Shown: piece after piece, positions 8,971-17,649 of the stretch | Numbering within the stretch: the first letter of the stretch is position 1 | How the letters are laid out: every line of letters begins with the position of its first letter | Origin: Candidatus Iainarchaeum sp. | GTDB lineage: Archaea; Iainarchaeota; Iainarchaeia; Iainarchaeales; JAZDEL01 | Reading direction: 5' to 3' | NCBI GenBank assembly: GCA_043808785.1 | Contig: JAZDEL010000010.1 | Coordinates: forward strand, 60,001 to 92,000 | DNA length: 32,000 nucleotides | Made by a program: the position numbers and the translations under genes | Notes under the pieces: generated by a model | The model's database searches: none | Told to the model about the DNA's origin: nothing | What the model saw: only the letters and a program-made list of their open reading frames with translations

Positions 8971-9837
8971 TCATTCACCGAAAATCTTTCTCCTGATTTC
9001 CCCCGCCCTCGCAAACCTTTTCTTCCTCTCATCCAGAATCCTGCGCAGGTTTTTTATGTTCGCCCAGTACGTGCCAAGCAGGAAATGCGCCCTGCCCTCA
9101 CGGACGCTGTTCACGAATATCAGCCCCAGGCCGGGCACGTGCCTCAAAAGGTCGGGCAGCGCAAGGTTGTAGAGCATCGCCTTGAGCCTGTTTGTGTTTG
9201 CGAGCACGTACTGCTTTTCCTTCCCGAGCTGGCTGCTGCTTTTCCCCCCGTAATGCATTATGGAACTTTTATATGTCTGCACAATCCTGTATCCCGAGTT
9301 CCTTGCCCTGTAGTTCAGGTCGCTCTCCTCCCCATATGCGGGGCTGAATTCCTTCTCGTCAAGCATCCCGACATTTTCGATTACTTCCCGCTTAATCAGC
9401 ATTGTCGCGCCGCTTACAGTGAGCGCGTCCCTGTCCTCTCCCTTCCCGTATCTTCCCGCACGGAAATCGTCGAGGTTCGTGACTTCCTCGCACCCCACAA
9501 CCCCTATGCGCGCGCCGCTCTCCATCACCTTTACGGCATTCGTTAACCAGCCCTTTGTGAGGATTGTGTCGTTGCTCAGCATGAAAAAATATTCCCCTTT
9601 CCCCGCTTTGAAGCCCTGGTTGTTTGCAGCTGCAAACCCGAGGTTTTTTTTGTTCGCAATAAGCCTTGCCCCGGGGAATTCCTTTTTTATTTTCCCCGCG
9701 CTTCCGTCCGTGCTGCCGTTGTCGACAACAATAACCTCGTAATCCGCATAATCGGTATTTTCCCTCAGTGAATTCAGGCAGTCGCGCGTCAGTTCCCAGC
9801 GGTTCCAGTTCAGGATTATTATCGTGGCCTTTTTCAT
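8971..9837 (-). CDS. Glycosyltransferase family 2
   Basis: 288-aa ORF. ATIIILNWNRWELTRDCLNSL...YEVIVVDNGSTDGS is a classic GT2 N-terminus, and a later NDTIL acidic motif follows. The ATG at 9837 directly abuts the stop (9838-9840) of the upstream gene. Confidence 0.8.
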   Translation of the reverse strand: MKKATIIILNWNRWELTRDCLNSLRENTDYADYEVIVVDNGSTDGSAGKIKKEFPGARLIANKKNLGFAAANNQGFKAGKGEYFFMLSNDTILTKGWLTNAVKVMESGARIGVVGCEEVTNLDDFRAGRYGKGEDRDALTVSGATMLIKREVIENVGMLDEKEFSPAYGEESDLNYRARNSGYRIVQTYKSSIMHYGGKSSSQLGKEKQYVLANTNRLKAMLYNLALPDLLRHVPGLGLIFVNSVREGRAHFLLGTYWANIKNLRRILDERKKRFARAGEIRRKIFGE

Positions 9838-10812
9838 TTACTCACGCCCCCTTATGCGCGCAAGCTCCCCCCAGGACATGCCGAGGCTGTTCAGCGAAAT
9901 TATGCCGAACACAAGCGGCACCACGAATGTCACGATGTGCACGATTACCGCAACCGTTATTGCGGTGTTCATGTCAAGCCCGAATGCGAGGAAAACAAAC
10001 CCCACAAGCGCCTCGTGCGTGCCTATGTAAGCGGGCGCGGACGGAAGCATAACCCCCAGGCTTGTTATGCCTGTCAGCACGAAAATCCCGCCTATTCCCA
10101 TGTTCACGCCGAAGTGCGAGAGCACGAGCCAGTACATCAGCGCAATCCCCAGCCACACAAGCAGTGATGAAATTGAGACGATTGCCGCCGAGCGCGCCCC
10201 TTGCCTGAGTGCCAGCCCGCCGTGCATCAGGTCCTCCGCAAGCCCGTGGAGCCTTGCCCCTATATATGGCGTGCGCCCGAGTATTCCGCGGATGAGCGGC
10301 AGGAACCTCGCGGGAAAGAGAAATACGATGAATAAAACCGCAAAGAACGCCAGCGGAAGCAGGACCACGCTGCCGATTTCCGCGGGCATCTCAGGCACAA
10401 GCAGTATTCCCGCGGCAAAAATCCCGAGCAGGGTTATGCCGTCAAGAACCCTCTCCACTATAACCGTTGAAAGGGATTTCGCCTTTCCCGCACCCTTAAG
10501 TTTCGCCAGCAGGTATGCCCTTGCAAGTTCCCCTACCCTCAGCGGGAGGATGTTGTTCACCATGAACGAAACAGCCACTATGTGCGTCGATTCCGCCGTG
10601 CTTATCTCCGCCGCTGGCTTTGCAAGGAACTTCCAGCGCACGCCCCTTGCTATGAGATTCAATGTGAATATCCCGCACAGCAGCAGGAATCCCGCAATGC
10701 CGTATCCTGCAACGTCCTCCGCGACCTTTTGCACGTCCACAATGGCGATAATTGCAATAACCAGCGCAATGCTCACAATCCACGGGATTGCACCCTTTAT
10801 CGCCTTATTCAT
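9838..10812 (-). CDS. Flippase-like multi-pass membrane protein (UPF0104 / LPG-synthase-TM-like family)
   Basis: ORF 9838..10842 trimmed to ATG 10812 (MNKAIKGAIPWIV...). It has about 8 hydrophobic segments. The ARGVRWKFL motif after TM2 resembles the conserved R-W motif of this family. Its position inside a glycosylation operon supports the call. The 10812 start overlaps the alg13-like stop by 8 nt. Confidence 0.55.
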   Translation of the reverse strand: MNKAIKGAIPWIVSIALVIAIIAIVDVQKVAEDVAGYGIAGFLLLCGIFTLNLIARGVRWKFLAKPAAEISTAESTHIVAVSFMVNNILPLRVGELARAYLLAKLKGAGKAKSLSTVIVERVLDGITLLGIFAAGILLVPEMPAEIGSVVLLPLAFFAVLFIVFLFPARFLPLIRGILGRTPYIGARLHGLAEDLMHGGLALRQGARSAAIVSISSLLVWLGIALMYWLVLSHFGVNMGIGGIFVLTGITSLGVMLPSAPAYIGTHEALVGFVFLAFGLDMNTAITVAVIVHIVTFVVPLVFGIISLNSLGMSWGELARIRGRE

Positions 10813-11371
10813 TTTTTCCCTTCCCCTCGAGTGCAAGTGCAAACCTTTCCAGGCATTCCACGACCTTCTTCCTCTCGCTCCTGCAGGTGGGGAGTTTCGT
10901 GCATGCCTTTATCTTGCCCTCAAGTTCCCCGATTGAAAATGCCGCGAGCGCCTTTCCCCTTTCCTGCATCGCCCTTGCAAGGTCAGTCTGATGTGAATCC
11001 GTGTGCTCGCCGAACTCCTTAAGCCTCGGCACTATTATAAGCCTTTTTCCAGCGCGCAGCGCGCTTATTATCGCCCCCGCTCCGCCGTGGCTTATCACAA
11101 GCGAACTCGCCCTTATGGCCTCCTCGTATTCGCGCGCATCGAGGAATTTTTTCCACCCGTAATTCTTCGGCACGTATTTTGAATTTCCCGTCTGGGCGAA
11201 AACACGCGCCTTTATTTTTCCGCCCGCAACCAGTCCGTCGACTTCCCTGAGCAGCCTGTCGAACTGCTGCGTGTGCGTGCCGACAGTGACAAAAATTTCC
11301 CCGCCAAATGCGGGGCGTTCGTCGCGCCGCCCGCCGCGCGGGGCGCCGCCCGCCGGTTTCGTGCGGGGCAT
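10805..11371 (-). CDS. Alg13-like glycosyltransferase catalytic subunit (Glyco_tran_28_C, MurG C-terminal-half homologue)
   Basis: ORF 10805..11473 trimmed to ATG 11371 (MPRTKPAGG...), which overlaps the Alg14-like stop as TGATG. IFVTVGTHTQQFDRLL and ISHGGAGAI are the hallmark Alg13/PssE/CpsF-type blocks. Confidence 0.75.
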   Translation of the reverse strand: MPRTKPAGGAPRGGRRDERPAFGGEIFVTVGTHTQQFDRLLREVDGLVAGGKIKARVFAQTGNSKYVPKNYGWKKFLDAREYEEAIRASSLVISHGGAGAIISALRAGKRLIIVPRLKEFGEHTDSHQTDLARAMQERGKALAAFSIGELEGKIKACTKLPTCRSERKKVVECLERFALALEGKGKNE

Positions 11372-11820
11372 CAGAAAACCCCCCCCGCGCAAACAGCCCT
11401 GGGGAAAAACCTCCCCCCCTCTTCCCACTGCACGAGGAACAAATCGCTTATCGGATACATTATCCTGCCGCAAAGGGATGCGCTGTCTACTCTGCAGAAA
11501 CTCTCAATATACACAACCTTTTTCCCGAACAATTTTGCGATATAGCTTATCGGCACCGCAACCCCCGCGCCAGTTGTAAGCACCATGTCAGGCCTTTCTT
11601 TCAGGAAGATGCGGAGGCTCTGCACGATATTTGCCGCGAGTTTCAGCGGGTTCCTGCCGGGGTCGGAGACAAAATGCACCATTTCCCCGCTTTTTGCAAG
11701 GCTCTCCGAATTCGGCCGCCTGAATGTTAGGAAAAAATGCTCCCTGCCCCTGTAGAATTCCTCCAATTGCATGAGTTCGCTGAGGTGCCCTCCTCCCGAG
11801 CATGCAAGGCAGATTTTCAA
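11371..11820 (-). CDS. Alg14-like glycosyltransferase membrane-anchoring subunit (MurG N-terminal-half homologue)
   Basis: 149-aa ORF. MKICLACSGGGHLSELMQL matches the Alg14 GSGGH..EM motif. The TTGAGVAVP and YIESFCRV blocks fit the Alg14/PssD family. Confidence 0.75.
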   Translation of the reverse strand: MKICLACSGGGHLSELMQLEEFYRGREHFFLTFRRPNSESLAKSGEMVHFVSDPGRNPLKLAANIVQSLRIFLKERPDMVLTTGAGVAVPISYIAKLFGKKVVYIESFCRVDSASLCGRIMYPISDLFLVQWEEGGRFFPRAVCAGGVF

Positions 11821-11829
11821 TCGTACACC

Positions 11830-12858
11830 TCATATTAATTTGAAAAGCTTGAACCATGAAAGCGAGAATACCGCGGCGCACACAAGCGCCTGCATCCCGA
11901 GCAATATCGCCACAACCTGCGGTTCCGTGAACTTCCCGCGCCTCATCACCCAGTGCGTAAGCGAGCCGCCGCGCGGATCCGCCTTCAGGGTGCCGTCCTT
12001 TTGCGGAATGCCGTAGCATTCGCTTTTGAACCCGTGCTTTGCCTTGAACACGAGTTCGATAAAATACAGCGCAAAAAGCAGGAGCGCGATTTTCTCCATG
12101 TTGCCTATTATCGCAACCGCGGCCGCGCTCGCGCCTATCATAAGCGTCAATGAGTCGCCGCCGAAAACCTTCGCGGGGAACCAGTTGTAGCGCAGGAACG
12201 CCAGCAGTGCGCCGAGCATCGCGCTCGTTATTATTATTGCCTCGAGCTTTCCCGCGTGGTCGAATGGCAGTGATGCTGCAGTCGCAAGGAGCGTGGCCAT
12301 TATGAGCGCGCCCATTCCCGCCTCAAGCCCGTTAAAGCCCGCAAGCATGTTCACCGCATTGCTCGCCCCTGTTATCGCAATCGGCACTATGAATATCGCA
12401 TAATAAATCCCGAAACTGACAACCATGCCCATGAACGGTATCGTCATGTCGGTAAACCCTATGCTCTGCGGCAGAACCATGAGCGGCAGCGCGGCAAACA
12501 GCGGCGCAATCGCGTGCTGCCATTGCTTTATCCCATTTCTCCACCCTATGAGGTCGTCGACAATGCCTATCGCCCCCACAAGCACTATCGTGGAGAATGC
12601 GGCAAGCAGCGCTGTCAGGTTCATTTCGGGCGTTCCCCCGAAGCCGCATATCGCGAGCGCGAACATAGCCGAGAATGCGAACCCGAAAAGCACGGCAATG
12701 CCGCCCATCTCGGGCACTTTAGGCCTGCCGAGCTTGTTCATGTCCCCGCCGCAGATGCCCCTTTTCCTTAGCCTTTCCGCTATGAATGGCACAAGCAGCC
12801 AGCACGCCAGGAAAGATGCGAGAAGCGTTACGGTAATTATTGCAAAAACAGGGTACAT
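11830..12858 (-). CDS. aglH: UDP-GlcNAc:dolichyl-phosphate GlcNAc-1-phosphotransferase (AglH/Alg7, MraY-WecA superfamily)
   Basis: 342-aa protein with about 10 TM segments. It carries the DMNK...PKVPEMGG, VDDLIGW and NAVNMLAGFNGLEAG blocks typical of the polyprenyl-phosphate HexNAc-1-P transferase family. It lies adjacent to aglB. Confidence 0.8.
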   Translation of the reverse strand: MYPVFAIITVTLLASFLACWLLVPFIAERLRKRGICGGDMNKLGRPKVPEMGGIAVLFGFAFSAMFALAICGFGGTPEMNLTALLAAFSTIVLVGAIGIVDDLIGWRNGIKQWQHAIAPLFAALPLMVLPQSIGFTDMTIPFMGMVVSFGIYYAIFIVPIAITGASNAVNMLAGFNGLEAGMGALIMATLLATAASLPFDHAGKLEAIIITSAMLGALLAFLRYNWFPAKVFGGDSLTLMIGASAAAVAIIGNMEKIALLLFALYFIELVFKAKHGFKSECYGIPQKDGTLKADPRGGSLTHWVMRRGKFTEPQVVAILLGMQALVCAAVFSLSWFKLFKLI

Positions 12859-12888
12859 TTTGCATCAACTTCGGCGGCTGCGGGTGCG

Positions 12889-14847
12889 CTACGGCACCAC
12901 CTTGAATATCTTGACCTGACCGCTATTGGTGTAAACTTCCTTGAAGTGCCTTATTGTGGGGTCGTTCGCCCACAGTTTCGCTATGAATGTGTTGTTCGTT
13001 GCCTCGTTGAGTATGAAAATTATCGAATTATCCTCTTCGCGGTATATGAAGCCGGCCATATCCTTTGCTATCGGCCTCGGCTTGTCGGTCCACTGCGTCG
13101 GCAGTGCGTTCATCTCCGCAGCGGGTATTTTGTTCGACCCGCAGTCATATGTCACGCTGCCGCCCAGCGGATCGGTACTTTTGCCGCAAGGCATGACGAC
13201 GCCGAAATAGTTCTTGAACCTCGGGTCGCTGAAGTTTGTCGTGTCATACGCGTACATCACCAGCGATATCTGCTTGTCAAGCAGGTCGGAGCTCAATATG
13301 ACATAATCCGCCTTGTATCTCCCGCTCACTATGGAATACGCAGTGTTTTCATCCTCGGCAATCACAAACTTTGCCATGTCTGCATTCGCCTCGCCGTCTA
13401 TATTCCTGTTGTCCGCGCTGGCCCCCCTTTCCCCTATGAAAGTTATCCAGTGCCCCTCGTCCCACCAGTTCAGGAATTTCGAGCCCTCCGGCGTGTTCTT
13501 CTGCATCCAGTAAAGCGTGTCCTTCCAGCCCGTCATTATCTCTATGTTGGGCGGGTTCTGCGTCATGAAATACGTTGCCGAGCCTATTCCGAGCAGGAGC
13601 ATGAACCCCAACGCTGCGGCAACAGCCATCTTCTCGAACTGCGTCCTGCCGCCGAGGAATATCATAATCTCATTGAACACAAACCCCCCGCACGCGGCAA
13701 TCGGCAGGCCCAATGTGTATGTGAACTTCAGCTTGCTTGCGGCCATGTAAAGCGTTATCGCCGCCCACACGAATATTATTATTGAGAGGTGTTCCTTCTT
13801 GTCCCTGTAGAGTTTCCACGGTATCAGCAGGAACGCCAGCAGCGGGAAGATTATTAGCGCGTTGTATTTCGTGCCGAAGAACTGCAGGCCCAGGTTTTCC
13901 TCGCCCACGGTCTGCGCAAGGACATCCGAGCCCTTGCTCTGCGCGCGGTCTATGTTCTGCGCGGTTACAGGTATGTAATTCCTGACGTAATCGAAAGCCC
14001 TGTCAATCCAGCCAGTGCCCTGCACCGCAATGGCAAATGCCGAGAACAGCAGGAACGCTATCGCGAATATCTTGACAAAAGAAATTATTTTTTCCTTCCC
14101 CGCATTCCTGAACCAGAGAATCGTGATTGTGATGCCGAAGTACCCCACAAGCACGAGCGGTATAAGCAAAAACATTTCCCACGTCCACGCCATGAGCCCG
14201 AAGAAAAACGCCGCGATTGCCGCGTTTATTATCGACTCCCTGTTGAACTCCATGCCCTTTATCGCCCTTACAAAAAACACAAACCCTATTATCAGCCAGA
14301 GGAAGCCTAGGCAGTCGTCCTCGAAAAATCCCGCCATTGTCCTGTACACAAAGGCGGGCACAACCGCGGCAAATATCCCCATTGCCGCGCCCGCGCGCCT
14401 GCCGTACATGTTCTTGCCGAGGAAGTACATCGCCAGCGCGGTAAGCGCGCCGAAAAGCGCGGGCAGAAGCTTCACGAACGAAATCCACAGTTCCTTGTTA
14501 TATGCCGCGCCCAGCGTGAACACTTTGTAAATTATCGCGGTAAACGCCCAGAAGAACGCGCCTGTTTTCGGCATGGGCCCGCCGTCGATCTGGTAATACG
14601 CCAGCGGGTCGTGTGTCGGGATGCTGAAATCCTGTATTACATATGACGCCATCCTTGCGTGGTAATATGAGTCGAATTCGAACATTAAGTCGTAGCGCAT
14701 GAGGTGGCCGCGTATGGAGAGGCCGAGAAGGAATATGAGGAACACGAGGAATAGTTCCCTCTTGCCGGTTTTTTTGAGCGCGGACTTAATCCTGCCTAAA
14801 ATTCCGTCTTCACCCATCGGCCCACCAGCGAAAAACAAAAAACGCAC
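12889..14847 (-). CDS. aglB: Dolichyl-(mono/di)phosphooligosaccharide-protein glycosyltransferase AglB (STT3 homologue)
   Basis: 652-aa ORF. The multi-TM N-terminal half has an FEFDSYYH first acidic loop and a TVGE (TIXE-type) motif. The WWDEGH motif (WWDYG variant) is at nt 13450-13467. The C-terminal domain is soluble. An alternative start is ATG 14817. Confidence 0.85.
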   Translation of the reverse strand: MRFLFFAGGPMGEDGILGRIKSALKKTGKRELFLVFLIFLLGLSIRGHLMRYDLMFEFDSYYHARMASYVIQDFSIPTHDPLAYYQIDGGPMPKTGAFFWAFTAIIYKVFTLGAAYNKELWISFVKLLPALFGALTALAMYFLGKNMYGRRAGAAMGIFAAVVPAFVYRTMAGFFEDDCLGFLWLIIGFVFFVRAIKGMEFNRESIINAAIAAFFFGLMAWTWEMFLLIPLVLVGYFGITITILWFRNAGKEKIISFVKIFAIAFLLFSAFAIAVQGTGWIDRAFDYVRNYIPVTAQNIDRAQSKGSDVLAQTVGEENLGLQFFGTKYNALIIFPLLAFLLIPWKLYRDKKEHLSIIIFVWAAITLYMAASKLKFTYTLGLPIAACGGFVFNEIMIFLGGRTQFEKMAVAAALGFMLLLGIGSATYFMTQNPPNIEIMTGWKDTLYWMQKNTPEGSKFLNWWDEGHWITFIGERGASADNRNIDGEANADMAKFVIAEDENTAYSIVSGRYKADYVILSSDLLDKQISLVMYAYDTTNFSDPRFKNYFGVVMPCGKSTDPLGGSVTYDCGSNKIPAAEMNALPTQWTDKPRPIAKDMAGFIYREEDNSIIFILNEATNNTFIAKLWANDPTIRHFKEVYTNSGQVKIFKVVP

Positions 14848-14962
14848 TTTCCGCCGCGGGTTCCCGCCCGCGGCATCAATGCATCTATATAACTGAAACC
14901 AATAGGTTATAAAGGTTATTTTTTTGTTTTGCCGCTGCGGGGTGTTTTTTATTTTCCGCGCC

Positions 14963-15592
14963 TCAGGTGGACTTTATCACAATTCCCTCGATAAGCATCG
15001 CCGCATGGTGGCATTTGTCTATCGCGTCCTCCGCGAACTCAATCAGTTCCTTCTCGACAAGTATGCCCTTCACGTCCCTCTTCCTGAAAAGTTCCTCAAG
15101 CATGTCCCTGTAATATATGTCCGCCTTCTCCTCGAGTTCGCTTATCCTCCTGCAGCGTTCCAGCAGTTCCATGCCGCACTTCGGCAGCCCCGCAACGGCC
15201 TTGTCGAGTTCCTCCATGCTCTCGAGCAGGATTTTCGCCATTTCCTTTGTCTCCTTTGAGGGGCGGAGCTTGTTGTATGTCTTGAACCTGTACATCAGCC
15301 TGTCCGTCGCGTCGAGGATGTTGTCCAGCGCGCCCGAGAGCGCGTAAATATCTTCCCTATCCAGCGGCGTGATTAGGCTCTGGTTCAGTTTTACCACCGT
15401 CTCGTGCCTTACCTTGTCCCCCGCCTCCTCTATTTTGTGCATCAGCTCTATGTCCTTGCTTTTTATCGGGTTGTTTGCGAGCGACCTGTTCAGCAGCACG
15501 GTTCCGTCGAGGGCGTGCCTGGACTGCTGCGCAAGGAGATGGAAAAACATTTTCTCGTTCGGAATCAGCCATGCTATTATGCGTCTTGGCAT
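14963..15592 (-). CDS. DUF47-family phosphate transport regulator (PhoU-like, TIGR00153-type)
   Basis: 209-aa all-helical ORF. The N-terminus (PNEKMFFHLLAQQSRHA) and the overall pattern fit DUF47 proteins that accompany PiT transporters. It is divergent from the PiT gene. Confidence 0.7.
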   Translation of the reverse strand: MPRRIIAWLIPNEKMFFHLLAQQSRHALDGTVLLNRSLANNPIKSKDIELMHKIEEAGDKVRHETVVKLNQSLITPLDREDIYALSGALDNILDATDRLMYRFKTYNKLRPSKETKEMAKILLESMEELDKAVAGLPKCGMELLERCRRISELEEKADIYYRDMLEELFRKRDVKGILVEKELIEFAEDAIDKCHHAAMLIEGIVIKST

Positions 15593-15686
15593 TCCCCTCG
15601 CCCCTTCACTTTCCCATTCACGTTACTAAACATTTACCCACGGGGTTAGTTTAAATTCCTTCCCCCCCAGATAATTCTCACATTGC

Positions 15687-16712
15687 TTGGTTTTTCACAC
15701 GGTGTTTCGCTTGGTCGATTCCTTTATCCTCGTTTTTTTCGGTGTTGCCGCCGCTTTAATTTTCGATTTCGGCAACGGCTTCAATGATGCCGCGAACGCG
15801 ATTTCAACGGTTATTGCCACGCGCGTCCTTTCCCCCTGGAAAGCGGTTCTCCTCGCCGCTGGGGCGAATTTTGTTGCCGCGTTCCTCTTCACAACCGCGG
15901 TTGCCGCAACCATAGGCAAGGGCATTATAATGCCCGGCGCCCTTACCGAGGTCATGATTATAAGCGGCCTCTTCGGCGCGATATTCTGGGTTTACCTCGC
16001 AACCTGGCTCGGCTTCCCCATTTCGGCGAGCCACGCGCTGATAGGCGGCTTGGTGGGGGCTGCACTTGTTTCCGCCGGTCCCTCTTCGCTTGTGCTCTCC
16101 GGCATATTCATGATATTCATTTTCATTTTCATCGCCCCCATGCTCGGCCTCGCCGCGGCGTTCCTCCTGAGCGCGCTTGTTATGCGCATTGCAAGGCACT
16201 ATCCGTTGCACACAGTGAATAAATATTTCCGAAAGCTCCAGCTTGTTTCGGTTTCGGTTTACAGCCTGGGGCACGGCACCAATGATGCGCAGAAAACAAT
16301 GGGCGTTATTTCCGCGCTGCTTTTCGCGGGCGGCTTCCTCGGGGGCGAGTTCTATGTCCCCGCATGGGTAATTTTCGCGTCATACGGCGCAATCGCGCTC
16401 GGCACCCTCCTTGGCGGGTGGAACGTCGTGAAAACAATGGGCTTCAAACTTACCAAACTTAAGCCCATGGACGGATTCTGTGCGGAAAGCGCGGGCGCAG
16501 CCACTATAATCGGCTGCTCGCTTTTCGGCATTCCCGTGAGCACAACCCATGTTATCTCAGGTTCGATTGTGGGCACGGGCGCGGCGCACAGGATAAAGTC
16601 CGTGCGCTGGGGCATTGCAAGGAACATGGCCTGGGCATGGGTTTTTACAGTGCCCGTGGCGATGGTTGTGGGGGCGGGCGTTTACCTCGTGCTCGGGCCG
16701 CTGCTGGGCTGA
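15687..16712 (+). CDS. pitA: Inorganic phosphate transporter, PiT (PHO4) family
   Basis: 341-aa multi-TM ORF with the duplicated PiT signature: GNGFNDAANAIST in the N-terminal half and GHGTNDAQKTMG in the C-terminal half. The track start is TTG 15687; GTG 15702 or TTG 15711 are also possible. Confidence 0.85.
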   Translation: MVFHTVFRLVDSFILVFFGVAAALIFDFGNGFNDAANAISTVIATRVLSPWKAVLLAAGANFVAAFLFTTAVAATIGKGIIMPGALTEVMIISGLFGAIFWVYLATWLGFPISASHALIGGLVGAALVSAGPSSLVLSGIFMIFIFIFIAPMLGLAAAFLLSALVMRIARHYPLHTVNKYFRKLQLVSVSVYSLGHGTNDAQKTMGVISALLFAGGFLGGEFYVPAWVIFASYGAIALGTLLGGWNVVKTMGFKLTKLKPMDGFCAESAGAATIIGCSLFGIPVSTTHVISGSIVGTGAAHRIKSVRWGIARNMAWAWVFTVPVAMVVGAGVYLVLGPLLG

Positions 16713-16857
16713 TGCCCTGCATGCACCCGCCCCCGTAGTTCGCCTGCATGGCGTGCGCATTTAAACCCCGCAGAGGAAATGAGCCCTGCGCAGGTTTATT
16801 AACGCGCGCAAGCACATTCGTTATTGCCTCTGCTTCTTCAGTAAGGGTGGTGAGAAT

Positions 16858-17355
16858 TTGAAGCCGAAACTTCGTGTCATGCTTGACACTAACGTCTATG
16901 ATTCAATAATTTCAGGAAACCCTACCGAGTTCTCGAAGGCGATAAAAAACTCGAAAAACGTGACCGTTTACGGAAACAAGGTAATACGCGGCGAGCTGCG
17001 CGGCATCCCTATGGGGCATACAAGCGGCGGCAGGAGCACAAGAAACTGGCTCCTCACAACATATGACTTCATTGTCGGGAAGCACAATCTGGAGGTTGGG
17101 AACGTAGTGAGGTTTCTTGCAATGCAGTATTGGGAATCCTACCACGGCGGGCAATCCTTCGCAAATATAATCGACGGCTTCCTTATTGTCGCGTGCGCCT
17201 CAATCCACAAACTCGACATAGTGTGCTCGCAGGACGCGCGCACAATGAAATCCGGGCGATGCCTGCGCATTTACTTGGCTGTCAACAAAAGAAATGGCTT
17301 CTACACGCCGCGCTTCATTTCCTTTGGGGAATTCAAGGGGCTCATAGAGACCTAA
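16858..17355 (+). CDS. PIN-domain ribonuclease (VapC-like), no recognisable cognate antitoxin
   Basis: 165-aa ORF. The acidic tetrad has PIN spacing: D10 (MLDTNV), E46 (IRGEL), D106 (IIDGFLIVACA) and D126 (CSQD). The TTG start at 16858 is preceded by GGTGGTGA (16846-16853), which is SD-like. An alternative ATG is at 16879. Confidence 0.6.
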   Translation: MKPKLRVMLDTNVYDSIISGNPTEFSKAIKNSKNVTVYGNKVIRGELRGIPMGHTSGGRSTRNWLLTTYDFIVGKHNLEVGNVVRFLAMQYWESYHGGQSFANIIDGFLIVACASIHKLDIVCSQDARTMKSGRCLRIYLAVNKRNGFYTPRFISFGEFKGLIET

Positions 17356-17498
17356 AGCGCCCTGCCTGTATGCATCTTATAGTGGGCTTTTATTATGCCC
17401 ATCACTGCGGGGTTCTTTCTCGCTTTCGCGGCAACCTTCTTAAGCTTGCTAAATGAAACCGCCCTGGTCATTTTTATCGCCTTGCCGTTATAGTAAAA

Positions 17499-17620
17499 GC
17501 GATTAGCAGCGCCTTGCGAGCTCCGGGCAGAAACCCAGTGCAGCACAAATCGCGAGCGGGCTTAACTTCCGGGTTCGGAATGAGACCGGGTGTTTCCCCG
17601 CTGCCATGACCGCTAATCAA
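17499..17620 (-). rRNA. rrf: 5S ribosomal RNA
   Basis: The minus strand reads GATTAGCGGTCATGGCAGCGGGGAAACACCCGGTCTCATTCCGAACCCGGAAGTTAAGCCCGCTCGCG...GCGCTGCTAATC. It contains the universal CCGAAC..GGAAGTTAAGC loop C/helix III block. The termini pair as helix I (GATTAGCGG/CTGCTAATC with one G-U). Length is about 118-122 nt. A TTTT run follows the 3' end. Confidence 0.85.
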
Positions 17621-17641
17621 TAATATCTGGCTTTGCTGGAG

Positions 17642-17649
17642 TTTTTAAA
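17642..17649 (-). promoter_or_regulatory. TATA box (TTTAAAAA on the minus strand) for the 5S rRNA gene
   Basis: The TTTAAAAA element lies about 22-29 nt upstream of the inferred 5S 5' end (about 17618-17620). That is the canonical archaeal TATA-to-TSS distance. Confidence 0.5.

Noticed and set aside
727-13785. Long + strand ORFs antisense to the glycosylation operon: 727-1626, 1604-2605, 3338-4627, 5159-6085, 5751-6848, 7410-8225, 8269-9546, 10067-10936 and 12946-13785.
   Set aside because: Each lies opposite a minus-strand ORF with clear domain motifs. Their translations are Arg/Pro/Ala/His-rich, low-complexity and motif-free, which is typical of shadow ORFs in GC-rich DNA. They would also overlap each other and break the tight operon spacing.
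16748-16861. 37-codon ORF overlapping the PIN gene start (TTGA), considered as a VapB-type antitoxin.
   Set aside because: The translation (MACAFKPRRGNEPCAGLLTRASTFVIASASSVRVVRI) has no RHH/AbrB/HTH-like pattern and lacks an obvious RBS or promoter. It is probably a chance ORF.
17352-17546. 64-aa minus-strand ORF from the track.
   Set aside because: Its 5' third overlaps the 3' part of the 5S rRNA gene. The remaining 39 codons (from ATG 17471) have no recognisable features and overlap the PIN gene stop convergently.
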